Of a stretch of DNA of 64,000 nucleotides, positions 1-8,731 are shown in pieces. The translations under genes and the position numbers were made by a program. Each line of letters starts with the position of its first letter. Within the stretch, counting starts at the first letter, position 1. The notes under the pieces were generated by a model. It saw only the letters and a program-made list of their open reading frames with translations, was not told where the DNA came from and searched no databases. Origin of the DNA: a virus. Lineage: Duplodnaviria > Heunggongvirae > Uroviricota > Caudoviricetes. The stretch is taken from IMG/VR virus record IMGVR_UViG_3300009983_000002; one strand, written 5' to 3'.

Positions 1-1801
1 CTTCGCTTGGGTCGTAGCTGATCGTGATCGACGTGTTGTGATCGACGTAGTTCTCCATCGTCAGCTTGTAACGCTCAAGTTGCGAGACCGCTGGTTCAAG
101 GTTCACTTCGACTTCGGTTTCGCGACCGTTGATCACCATCTTCGCTTTGTCGAAACTGATGTTGGAATATTCGACGGGAACGCGAGCCAAGACGCCCGTG
201 GGATCGAATGGATTGTCGAAGACGTGATAGCCCGCACGCTTCAGCTTCTTGACCAGCGGGTCGTGCTTTCCAAACCCGATGTTGTTGAAGATGAAACGGC
301 CAAGCGGCTTGTGAATGCCTTCAGGGATTTCGAGCCCTTCGATGCTGAGCGCCTTCGATTGCGTGCCGCTGGGCTTGATCGTCGTCACGGCCTTGGCCCG
401 GGGCAGGCCGAGTTCGTCGGCCATGCTGTGAGCGCCTTGCACCGCGACTTCACGAAGGGCGGCCCAGGCTTCAGCTTCGTCGGCCAACTCCCACGCGACG
501 ACGCCGGTAACGCCGACTCCGCAGAGACGCAGGAACTGATTGAGTTCGTGCCAGCCGCGTTGGAGCACGCCGTCGTCGAGGTTGACGCAAGTCTGGCGAT
601 AATTGGCGCGGGCCACGAGGTAGTGAGCGCGATGCAGCGCTTTCTCGTCGCCGTTGAAGCGGAACACCACGGTCTCGACGAGATTGCAGAAGCTGCGGTT
701 GCCGAGCAGGATTTCCGCACAAGGGTTCAGGCCCTTATACCACGGAGCACGGCGACGAGCGGCGGCCCCGTTGACAAAGCCGGGCTCACTTCCACCGGCA
801 TCGAGCATCATCTCGAAGACCTTGCGGAGCTTGTAGCGTGTGGGCTTGTCGTAGAAGACGAGGCTGTTGTTCGACTGGGCACGCTGGACGTTGCCCGTGG
901 CCCAGAAGTCTTTCTTCGCCGTCGCGAACTCGCGCCACTCCGGCGACCCGTATTCGACGAGCGCGATCTGCGCTGACCGGCGCGTGCTGAGAATGGTCCC
1001 CAGCCAGTTGACGATGTCGAGGATGTCGATCTTCGTCAGCAACTGACCGGCGCGGCGGTTCATGATCGCGAAGATGTTGCGGTAGGCTTCGATGATGGGC
1101 CCCGGCCCACTGCTGATCCAGCCGTAGCCCTTCAGGCGCTGGCCCGCTGGGCGAATCTGAGAGGTATCGAGAACGAAGCGCTTCGCCGGATACTTCCCGG
1201 CCATGATCTTCCCGATGGACTTCGCCCAGGCTTCAGCGCTGTCGCCGATTTGGATGATCCAGGTCCCCGTCGTCGGATCGTAGTGCTCGCCGTTGTCTTC
1301 GCTGCCGCGATCTCCGTATTCCCAAAGCGTGCGATCATACCCAGCTTCGCCCTGGACGATGAACTCCGGGATTTCGCACTGGAACCCATTGAGGCTGCCG
1401 ACGACGGGAGTGAACCCAACGCCACAACCCTGGAGAAGCAGCCATAGCACATCGACCATGTCATGCACGGTCTCGACTTCGACGTGAGAGCAGTTGAATT
1501 GCGAGGATTCGCGGCGCTTGGCGATCTCGGTGCCGCCGAGCCAACGTGTGCGGCCCGACACCGTCACCTTGTGCTCCAGCATCAGCGTCCGTAGCTCTTC
1601 AAGTTCTTGCTGCTGTGCGGGTTCAAGTGTTTTGTGCTGAGCACGCTCCCAGAGCCACCGCTGATGCTTGATCACGCGGTCGATGGCCTGTTCTGGGGTC
1701 TCGAAGGTCTTGCCCTGTTCGTCGAGAGGCCGGAGATAGGTGCGGTGGGTGACGATTTGAGCACGCACACTGGGGCGTGCTTCGTTTGGGCGAAGCTTCA
1801 C
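1..1801 (-). CDS. ribonucleotide reductase, class II-like (B12-type); N-terminal ~600 aa, C-terminus lies beyond window start
   Basis: Hand translation of minus strand from GTG at 1801 (GGAGA SD 6 nt upstream) is stop-free down to nt 1 (VKLRPNEARPSVRAQIVTHR...). Contains GLNPCAEILLGNRSFCNLVETVVF, matching the NPCxE...CNL active-site cysteine motif of class II RNR. Track ORF 38..976(+) is the antisense shadow. Not in ORF track because there is no in-window stop. Confidence 0.75.
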   Translation of the reverse strand, partial: MKLRPNEARPSVRAQIVTHRTYLRPLDEQGKTFETPEQAIDRVIKHQRWLWERAQHKTLEPAQQQELEELRTLMLEHKVTVSGRTRWLGGTEIAKRRESSQFNCSHVEVETVHDMVDVLWLLLQGCGVGFTPVVGSLNGFQCEIPEFIVQGEAGYDRTLWEYGDRGSEDNGEHYDPTTGTWIIQIGDSAEAWAKSIGKIMAGKYPAKRFVLDTSQIRPAGQRLKGYGWISSGPGPIIEAYRNIFAIMNRRAGQLLTKIDILDIVNWLGTILSTRRSAQIALVEYGSPEWREFATAKKDFWATGNVQRAQSNNSLVFYDKPTRYKLRKVFEMMLDAGGSEPGFVNGAAARRRAPWYKGLNPCAEILLGNRSFCNLVETVVFRFNGDEKALHRAHYLVARANYRQTCVNLDDGVLQRGWHELNQFLRLCGVGVTGVVAWELADEAEAWAALREVAVQGAHSMADELGLPRAKAVTTIKPSGTQSKALSIEGLEIPEGIHKPLGRFIFNNIGFGKHDPLVKKLKRAGYHVFDNPFDPTGVLARVPVEYSNISFDKAKMVINGRETEVEVNLEPAVSQLERYKLTMENYVDHNTSITISYDPSE

Positions 1802-1890
1802 GGTTGTCTCCGGTGATCTGATTTTGAAGGGGGAGGATAAGCGAAAATCGAGGGCCCGGGCAAGTTCTAAACTGGGCCCACCGCGCCAAA

Positions 1891-2250
1891 TTATTTTTTG
1901 GCTACCGGATACTCGACTTTGGCTGCTTCCATGAGGTCGGACAAGTTGCAGGGCTTCCCATCAAGGGTATAGCCGTTCTTGTTTTCCCCCAAACGGTCGC
2001 CCAAGCGATAGGCAACGATGTCCATAATCGTATAGCCTTCGGCCAAGGTCGGCTCTTTCTTGACCTTGGGGTTCTTCTTGACGATGCGGGCCTTGCGGGG
2101 CCCGACGCCCAGAATCTTGATCCAGCGTTTGACCGTGGACAACCCAACGCCGTAGTGTTCGGCGATCTCTTCACGCGACCATCCCTGGTCACGGAAGCCC
2201 TCAAGTTCGTCTTTAGTTGGCGGCTGTTTTGCCAGCTTCTTCTTCGTCAT
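1891..2250 (-). CDS. small helix-turn-helix DNA-binding protein
   Basis: 119 aa; EIAEHYGVGLSTVKRWIK resembles an HTH (sigma region-4 / small-terminase-like). Basic C-terminal half. Confidence 0.5.
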   Translation of the reverse strand: MTKKKLAKQPPTKDELEGFRDQGWSREEIAEHYGVGLSTVKRWIKILGVGPRKARIVKKNPKVKKEPTLAEGYTIMDIVAYRLGDRLGENKNGYTLDGKPCNLSDLMEAAKVEYPVAKK

Positions 2251-2491
2251 TTTCAGTCTTTGGCGGAGCCAAAGGCGTGAAGAGTTCGGGGCAGAGGCGA
2301 CGAGCGACGCCTTCGATCTGGCCCGAATGAATCAGACGTTGGACGGTGAGAGCGTATTTCAAGGCAAGGGTCGCCGGTTCGTCACCGGAGCCTACGGCCT
2401 CTACGATCTCTTTGTCCAGCGTGATGTTCAACGCGATGGAGGGTTTCTCCGTCACGAAAACATCTTCGATGCTGATCACGACTTTGGTCAT
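2213..2491 (-). CDS. hypothetical protein
   Basis: 92 aa ORF with genuine-looking composition. Overlaps next gene by 38 nt, so the downstream start may be later. Confidence 0.4.
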   Translation of the reverse strand: MTKVVISIEDVFVTEKPSIALNITLDKEIVEAVGSGDEPATLALKYALTVQRLIHSGQIEGVARRLCPELFTPLAPPKTENDEEEAGKTAAN

Positions 2492-3414
2492 GGTTGTGTC
2501 CTCTCATATTTCGTAATGCGTTCGTTGTCGAAGAGCTTCCGGTATTGCACCCAGCCCTCCGCCAAATTTCCGTTCTTCCCCACCCCTGCGTTCCAGCGCA
2601 TGGCGCCGCGCTTCAGGAGTTCGATGTCGAGCCAGTCAGCCATCGCCTGATGTTCGGCGGGGCTGGCGTGCAGCGGCGTCATCTGCATCAGCTTGTCGTG
2701 CAGGGCAGCGTCCTCGGCCAGCGTTGGGTCTTTCCCATCGTGCAGCTTATAGCTGGTCCGGGCGCAACGCGCAACGCTCTTCTTCAGGAGGTCGCCGGGG
2801 TGTGGCCGCAGGACGTGTTCGGCGGGGTGGACGTAGGGCAGGTGCCATTGGCCGCGCTTCAACGTCACCGGGGCACTCGCGAGCCGCGCCTGATACATGG
2901 CTTCGGCCAGAACCTGCATCTCCGGCAGCGCGTCCTTGTGGATGCGGAGCCCGAAGAAGTTCTCGTAGTCTGACGACGTGATGACGACCGTGATATGGGC
3001 CCAGGGCTCCAGCAAGCGGTTGACGATTTGCTTGTGATAGCCGCTCTTCGCGAACCCTTCTGCGGTCTCGATGGCGCGATCCATTGCATTCAACCAAGCG
3101 CTCACGGGCTTGTTGAAGACCACGGCGCGATGAATGTCTTGGCGAATGACCTCGACGCTCTCTTCGATCTCGGCCCCGGCCTGCATCCCCGGCTGGTTGG
3201 AGCCCCACGATAGGGGGATCGCGGGATCGCGCCGCATGTCCTCGATCATCTTCTTCACGGGGATCGCGCGTGAGCTTGAAGCATTCCGCGAGAACACGCG
3301 GTGCGTCATGACTTCGGCGTGAGCGAAGCGAGGATACCGGACTTCGAAGGTGGTGAGGCGGTCGCCCGTGTGATAGTGTTTGCTATCAGCGAGCACCTTA
3401 GCGGTGATCGTCAT
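2488..3414 (-). CDS. thyX: flavin-dependent thymidylate synthase ThyX
   Basis: 308 aa; THRVFSRNASSSRAIP matches the ThyX RHRxxSxxxxSxR signature. Start ATG overlaps upstream stop (ATGA). Confidence 0.8.
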   Translation of the reverse strand: MTITAKVLADSKHYHTGDRLTTFEVRYPRFAHAEVMTHRVFSRNASSSRAIPVKKMIEDMRRDPAIPLSWGSNQPGMQAGAEIEESVEVIRQDIHRAVVFNKPVSAWLNAMDRAIETAEGFAKSGYHKQIVNRLLEPWAHITVVITSSDYENFFGLRIHKDALPEMQVLAEAMYQARLASAPVTLKRGQWHLPYVHPAEHVLRPHPGDLLKKSVARCARTSYKLHDGKDPTLAEDAALHDKLMQMTPLHASPAEHQAMADWLDIELLKRGAMRWNAGVGKNGNLAEGWVQYRKLFDNERITKYERTQP

Positions 3415-4322
3415 TGGCGGATGGGCGCGAGGTATTCGATTTCGTAGATCGCACGAGCGGCTTCAGCGTCGTGCTTGCTGGAGATGATACGCTGAGCGTA
3501 GCGCATCTCCGGGTGATCCATGATATGCGGATACTGGATCGCCGAGTTCTTGTCGATGTTGATGACCTTGACCCCGGCCTTCTGGTTGTTGGCCGCGAGT
3601 GTCGTGTGGTTCTGCAACTTCTCGATCCCGCCGTCGTTGAGAAGTTCGTGATCAACAACGAGGTCGTCGATGGCCGTCTCTGACGGGTGATCGCTGCGTT
3701 GGCCGTTGGTGAGCATCGGGCGCTTCACGCGAAGGAGCAGAGCACCCATGCCCGCCATCTCGTCGCGTTCGTTGACGAAGCGCATGTCGGTGACGACGAC
3801 GGGACCCGCAATCGACTTGATGCGCCCGCGAGTCGCGGTCGTCCAAATCTTGTCGCCCAGGCTCACGCGACCGTATTCGGTGCCAAGCTCTTGCATGATC
3901 AGACGCGGCGTCACGTCGGCGTTGTCGCGCCACTTGATGATGAAGTCGGCGAGGACTTCGATTGCATACGCGGCGCTGCGGCCCTGCAACGTGTCCTGCG
4001 GTTCGTCGAGATTCTTCTTCGTCGGATACTTCGCGCCCTGATATTCCATCAGGAACGCGACCATCTTCTGCGCCGTCTTCTCGACATCCAGCTTTTCGAG
4101 GAAGCGGCCTTCGAGATACTTGATCGGCTCTTCTTTCTGGCCGCCATCGACCATTTCCTGAATCGTGGCCTTGTCCAGCCCTTCCTCGGCCAGGAGGACG
4201 CGGAACATGCCCTTCAGGGCGTCCGCGAACTTGACGTTGGTGTAACCCTTGGCGACCAGAGCGGCCCCGGCGGTATCCTTACCGTGGCCCTTGCGCCCGG
4301 CGATAGCGATTAGCTTATACAT
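3411..4322 (-). CDS. deoxynucleoside monophosphate kinase (T4 gp1-like)
   Basis: N-terminal P-loop IAIAGRKGHGKDT resembles phage dNMP kinases (T4 gp1 MKLIFLSGVKRSGKDT). 303 aa. Confidence 0.55.
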   Translation of the reverse strand: MYKLIAIAGRKGHGKDTAGAALVAKGYTNVKFADALKGMFRVLLAEEGLDKATIQEMVDGGQKEEPIKYLEGRFLEKLDVEKTAQKMVAFLMEYQGAKYPTKKNLDEPQDTLQGRSAAYAIEVLADFIIKWRDNADVTPRLIMQELGTEYGRVSLGDKIWTTATRGRIKSIAGPVVVTDMRFVNERDEMAGMGALLLRVKRPMLTNGQRSDHPSETAIDDLVVDHELLNDGGIEKLQNHTTLAANNQKAGVKVINIDKNSAIQYPHIMDHPEMRYAQRIISSKHDAEAARAIYEIEYLAPIRQ

Positions 4323-4366
4323 GGTTAATGTCCTAGCTTATGGTAAAGGGAATGTCAAGCGAAAAG

Positions 4367-5722
4367 TTAACCAGAAACGACGGTCAACCGTTCGGCGGCC
4401 CGGGTCACGGCGGTGTAGAGCCAGCGGTCGGCGTCGTCGCGGAAGCTCCGCGACTCGTCGTGAACCACGACTTCATCCCATTGCGAGCCCTGGGACTTGT
4501 GGCAGGTGAGAACCCAGCCGAAGTCTGCGTGCTGATACTTCTTGCGGGCATCCCAGAGCTTGTGATCGGCAATCGTGGCCGCGTTCAGGCGCTGGAAGAC
4601 GTGCTCTTCGAAGGGGGCTTGGAGCAATGTCAGGGCGTATTCGACATCCTCTTCGTCGATGACCTTGATGGGGAACGACTCTTCGCCTTCGACGAGTGGC
4701 GTCACCGACTCCATACACGTCACGATGCTGCCGTTGACGAGCGCCGGGTGCTGCCTGGAGTTCCGAGTGATCAGGATCGGTTCGTTGGCCTGCGGCGCCG
4801 AGAACGCCGCGTAACCCAACGCACGGCGGATTTTGGCGGTCAGGGCCCAGCGCGTCTTATGTGTGCCGCAGATGACTTGGAGGTCCCGTGTCAAATCCGT
4901 GGTGACGTTGTCGGCCTTGCGGGGGATGATCTTCACGAGCCCACCGTATTCGCCGTGCTGCACCCGGTTGCCCTGGCGCACTTGCGCCGACAACCAGATG
5001 ATGGGATTGTCTGCGGCTTGACGGTGGATTTCGGTGAGGAAGAAGTCGGGCGTGTGTTGGGTGAAGCCCGGCTTCTCGCTGACAGGCGGAAGCTGGCCGG
5101 GGTCGCCAATGGCGAGCACGGGGATGCCGAAGCTCAGAAGATCGTTGGCGATGTCGATGCCCACCATCGACGCTTCATCGACGACGACGAGGCGCTTGCT
5201 GCGGACCATAGATTCTTCGTTGAATTCGAAGGTGAGCCCCGACTTGCGGTCGTTGAGGGCCTTGCGGAGTTTCGCGCTGGCCTTCGTCTCTGCGGCTTCG
5301 ACTTCTTTCAGCCGCGCTTCTTTTGTTGCGATTTCATCAACGGGCGTAGGGTCGCAGGCGCGCAAGCGCATGAGGTCGGCGGAGAGTTGTGCGACTTCGG
5401 CGTGGCAGGCCGCAACCTCTTGGCGGATGCGTTCTGCGGCTTCGCCGGGCTTGCGATAAATCAGCTTGTGGATTGTCGTCGCCGTGACATCCCAGCCCTG
5501 GGCTTTGAACTTCTGCATCATGACCTTCGCGGCCTTGCCCGTTGGGGCGCAGAACGCGACTTGGCTGGGCGTCAGCCCGCATTGGTCGATGATGTCGGGG
5601 AGGATTGTGGACTTGCCGGTGCCCGCGTAGCCCGCGAGATAGAAGAAGGGCTTCGAGCGGTCGCCGAACCAGCGAGAGACTTTGCGAACTGCGTCCGCTT
5701 GCATATCAGAGAGAGTTGGCAT
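4367..5722 (-). CDS. SF1 DNA helicase, RecD/Dda-like
   Basis: Walker A AGYAGTGKST, Walker B VVVDEASM, and C-terminal WLYTAVTRAAERLTVV typical of RecD/Dda/Pif1-type helicases. Confidence 0.8.
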   Translation of the reverse strand: MPTLSDMQADAVRKVSRWFGDRSKPFFYLAGYAGTGKSTILPDIIDQCGLTPSQVAFCAPTGKAAKVMMQKFKAQGWDVTATTIHKLIYRKPGEAAERIRQEVAACHAEVAQLSADLMRLRACDPTPVDEIATKEARLKEVEAAETKASAKLRKALNDRKSGLTFEFNEESMVRSKRLVVVDEASMVGIDIANDLLSFGIPVLAIGDPGQLPPVSEKPGFTQHTPDFFLTEIHRQAADNPIIWLSAQVRQGNRVQHGEYGGLVKIIPRKADNVTTDLTRDLQVICGTHKTRWALTAKIRRALGYAAFSAPQANEPILITRNSRQHPALVNGSIVTCMESVTPLVEGEESFPIKVIDEEDVEYALTLLQAPFEEHVFQRLNAATIADHKLWDARKKYQHADFGWVLTCHKSQGSQWDEVVVHDESRSFRDDADRWLYTAVTRAAERLTVVSG

Positions 5723-5787
5723 GGCACCGTGCCTATGAAGTGGCCCGGGTGTTACCCCGGGCCAGTGCTTTCAACTTGGGTGGAGGA

Positions 5788-6510
5788 TTAGAAGCGACGC
5801 GAGCCGCGCTTCACTTCCTGCGCCGGAGGCGGCGGCGGGGCCGCTTCTTCGGCTTCTTGCGCCGCAGCGGCTTCAGCTTCGAGCGCGTCGAGCTTGGCGC
5901 CGAGTTCGGCTTCGTCGGCCCAGCCCACGATCTTCAGGACCGGCGCATACTTCGTCGGTTGGCCGCGAACATTCTTCAGGACGAAGCTGTTGCTGCCGAG
6001 TTCGACGACCGGCACTTCGCCGTCGTGACGCGCCATTTCCTTCGCGAAGTCGCGGAGCAGGTTGCCCATCGCGATCTCGCCCGACTTGTTGCTGACCTGG
6101 AATTCGTAGGTCACGCCGGTTTCCACGTCGCGCATCGTCACCGTGCGCTGCGCCGACCAGCCGTCTTTCGTGCCGTCGTCATACGTCTTATACGGGCCGT
6201 GGTCCGGGAGTTCCGACGCCGGAGGCGGATTGCCAGCGATGACCGGCACCATGATCTTCTCGATCATCTCGCCTTCTTTCCAGCAGATGTAGCCGACGCT
6301 GTAGTCGTTCATGTTCACGGCGAGTTGCGTGCCGAGCGGCAATTCTTCTTTGTCTTTGCCGTAGATGTAGACGCCGTCGTTCCCGTTGAACTTCAGGAAC
6401 TGGGCGCCGGAGAATTCGGCGCTGCCGTGTTGACCGGCAATGGCGGCCCACTTTTCAGCGTTGGCAGTAGCAACTGCGCCACCTTGGGCGGCTTTTACGA
6501 GAGCGTTCAT
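5788..6510 (-). CDS. hypothetical protein; possible ssDNA-binding or annealing protein
   Basis: 240 aa. Sits between helicase and exonuclease genes. Ala/Glu-rich C-terminal tail with Pro5 stretch. No motif recognised, so functional guess rests on synteny only. Confidence 0.3.
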   Translation of the reverse strand: MNALVKAAQGGAVATANAEKWAAIAGQHGSAEFSGAQFLKFNGNDGVYIYGKDKEELPLGTQLAVNMNDYSVGYICWKEGEMIEKIMVPVIAGNPPPASELPDHGPYKTYDDGTKDGWSAQRTVTMRDVETGVTYEFQVSNKSGEIAMGNLLRDFAKEMARHDGEVPVVELGSNSFVLKNVRGQPTKYAPVLKIVGWADEAELGAKLDALEAEAAAAQEAEEAAPPPPPAQEVKRGSRRF

Positions 6511-6615
6511 GTCTGTTCTTTCTGTTCAGGCTGCTTTAGTTGTTCAAGCTGCGTTAGTTTGTTGAGGCTACCCGATGTTCATTATGAACACAAGGGGGTT
6601 CGCCCATCGGGCGAA

Positions 6616-7686
6616 TTAGTAATCGAGGTTGACGGTCAGTTTTTCGTAGGGCAGGCCCTCCGTTTCGTAGTCGGCGATGTTGATCTCTGGATAGTCTTCG
6701 GCGAGGCGCTTGAGGTCGGTGGTTTTCCGGCCCGCGATCTTCACCCAAGACGCCTTGCCCCAGTCGCCGCTAACGCGGTTCTCTTTGAGTTCACGCATCC
6801 GTTCTTTGATGCCATTCTTCGCGAGTTCGAAAGCGTATTCCGCTTTGTCGTGTGCGGCCTTCGCTTCGTCGTAGGCTTTCACGAGGCGCGTCATCTCGAT
6901 GTCTTCGAGAGGAATGTGCTTCTTCCCGCTGTCGGGGATGCTGCCGGTTTGCACCTTCGCACACGCGGCCTTGAACGGGCAGTATTCGCAACTGCCGTCG
7001 AACTTGCCTTCTGGGGCAAACTTCGTTGGGTCGTCGATGGCCCAGACGTTGGTCGCGCGCTTCTTCGCGGTGTTCCAAAGCTTCTCTTCGAACTTGACGA
7101 CGAAGACCTTGATGTTGTCGAGGAAGGAGGCATCGACGTAGAGGATCACCGCGTAGTTCGGCTTGTGCTCCGTGAGTTCGCGAACGAGGCCCATTTGGAC
7201 TTGGGTCTGGCCGTGGTGGATGGCCTTCTCTTCACGCAAGCCCACGCGGGGGTCGATACTCTTGATTTCGAGCATCACGCAGTTGCCGCCGATGTCTTCG
7301 ATGCCATACTTCTCCAGCGCGTTGCGCTTGAGCCCGGTGAGAAGACCGTCAGGGGTCGCGGAGTTCTTGCCGCTGACCAGCGTGTGTTGATCGGAGCCCG
7401 CGTAAAGGGCCTTGATGCCCTTCGGCAGATATTGAAGCGCGGGGACCACGAAGTGATTTTCGATGATGTCACCACGGCGCGTCGCGCCCCAGGTCTCTTC
7501 GTAGTCCTCGTCCTTGGTGTAGCCGAATTCGGCGCCGCGCTTGGCGAACCAGCCTTTGCGGAGACAGCCGAAGACTTCGGAGGCACCCAACGTAGTCGAG
7601 CGGTCGTGCGCCCAGACCTTTTGGGAATCGGCGATGTAGGCCTTGAACATGGCCTCAAAGTCAAGTGGTTCGTTGGCCTTCGCCAT
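6616..7686 (-). CDS. PD-(D/E)XK nuclease, Cas4/RecB-like (phage exonuclease)
   Basis: TPDGLL...VMLEIKS gives the PD...ExK core. N-terminal Cys plus C-terminal CEYCPFKAAC gives a Cas4-type Cys cluster. Confidence 0.7.
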   Translation of the reverse strand: MAKANEPLDFEAMFKAYIADSQKVWAHDRSTTLGASEVFGCLRKGWFAKRGAEFGYTKDEDYEETWGATRRGDIIENHFVVPALQYLPKGIKALYAGSDQHTLVSGKNSATPDGLLTGLKRNALEKYGIEDIGGNCVMLEIKSIDPRVGLREEKAIHHGQTQVQMGLVRELTEHKPNYAVILYVDASFLDNIKVFVVKFEEKLWNTAKKRATNVWAIDDPTKFAPEGKFDGSCEYCPFKAACAKVQTGSIPDSGKKHIPLEDIEMTRLVKAYDEAKAAHDKAEYAFELAKNGIKERMRELKENRVSGDWGKASWVKIAGRKTTDLKRLAEDYPEINIADYETEGLPYEKLTVNLDY

Positions 7687-8306
7687 TATGCAGCTTCCTT
7701 GAAGGCGTCCATTTTCAGGAGTTCGTCGTAGACACGGATTGTCATCCGCACGTCAACGAGAGCATCGTGAGCACCGACGACCGATTCCTTGAAGAAGTAT
7801 TGAGCGCACTCTTCGAGCTTCGGCCATTTGAAGTCGGCGGGGTGACGGGGACGCTTGTGCGGGACCCTCACGATAGGCACCGAAGTTAGCATAGTGCAGC
7901 GAGGTTGACAACTTGCGAAGCGGTCCTTCACGTCTTCTTCGCTGACCCCGGCACGCCACATTGCGCGCTTCATGATCAGGGCGTCGAAGTTGATGTTGTG
8001 GGCGACGATGGTGTCCGCGACGGACATCATGTTGCCAAAAAGGTAGGCCGCGTTGTCGATGGCGACCCCGAACTTCTCCGCGTATTCCTGTTTGATCCCG
8101 TGGACGTTCGCGGCGCCCGGCGTGATCACCCAGCCCTCGGGCTTGACGATGACGTTGACCGTCGAGATTTCGAGCTTCGTCGTGTCGTCGCGGAGGATTG
8201 CCGCAAGCTGGACAACGTCGGGGTGCGTTGGGTCGCTGATGGGAGCGCCCCACTTCGCCACGGTGCCCGTGGTCTCGGTGTCGAAGAAGAGTGTCGCGCC
8301 AGACAT
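7686..8306 (-). CDS. DEDDh 3'-5' exonuclease (DnaQ-like)
   Basis: FFDTETTG (Exo I), HNINFDALI (Exo II), HDALVDVRMT (Exo III with His). Confidence 0.8.
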   Translation of the reverse strand: MSGATLFFDTETTGTVAKWGAPISDPTHPDVVQLAAILRDDTTKLEISTVNVIVKPEGWVITPGAANVHGIKQEYAEKFGVAIDNAAYLFGNMMSVADTIVAHNINFDALIMKRAMWRAGVSEEDVKDRFASCQPRCTMLTSVPIVRVPHKRPRHPADFKWPKLEECAQYFFKESVVGAHDALVDVRMTIRVYDELLKMDAFKEAA

Positions 8307-8689
8307 TAGTTGAGCTTCGAATTGACGGCGTTGCGCTTCAGCGCCGCTTGTGCCATGAGCTTCGCGGCCAGCGCGTTCGTCGATTGGTTTGAACGCGACG
8401 CAGCGATCAGCAATTCTTGGATGACCGTGCGCCCCGCAGCGACCGTCGCGTTGTAGACGATGAACCAGAGAAAGATGGAGCCGAAACAGAGGATGTAGGG
8501 CAGCCAGAGCACGAAGTAGGAGAGGCCGATAGCGACCCCAGCGAGCTTCGCGACGGTCAGGACCGGCGGCCCGAAAGTCAGGGCCAGGATGACGAAGATC
8601 ACGCCGAGCCCCAAGAGGCGGGTCCCCACGGGGACCTTGGGCTTCTCCGCCGCTTGTTCGGCGGCTGTTTGCTCTTGTTCGGAGGACAT
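8306..8689 (-). CDS. membrane protein (hypothetical)
   Basis: 127 aa; three hydrophobic helices (LLGLGVIFVILALTF, VAIGLSYFVLWLPYILCFGSIFLWFIV). Confidence 0.5.
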   Translation of the reverse strand: MSSEQEQTAAEQAAEKPKVPVGTRLLGLGVIFVILALTFGPPVLTVAKLAGVAIGLSYFVLWLPYILCFGSIFLWFIVYNATVAAGRTVIQELLIAASRSNQSTNALAAKLMAQAALKRNAVNSKLN

Positions 8690-8731
8690 GGTCGTCGTTT
8701 ACCTTCTCTTTTTACCAAAGTCAAGCGGAAA

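Noticed and set aside
38-976. 312-aa plus-strand ORF at the window start
   Set aside because: Arg/Asp/Val/Leu-rich antisense-style sequence. The opposite strand translates into a convincing class II RNR with no stops, so this is an antisense shadow.
1851-1890. GGGCCC...GGGCCC palindromic stem followed by ATTATTTTTTGG on the plus strand
   Set aside because: Would be a plus-strand terminator but there is no upstream plus-strand gene. It is more likely part of the RNR promoter or leader. Left uncalled.
4340-5791. 483-aa plus-strand ORF
   Set aside because: Antisense of the RecD-like helicase gene.
5605-7731. 708-aa plus-strand ORF
   Set aside because: Antisense shadow across the minus-strand 240-aa gene and Cas4-like nuclease. 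Low-complexity R/A/V/D-rich translation.
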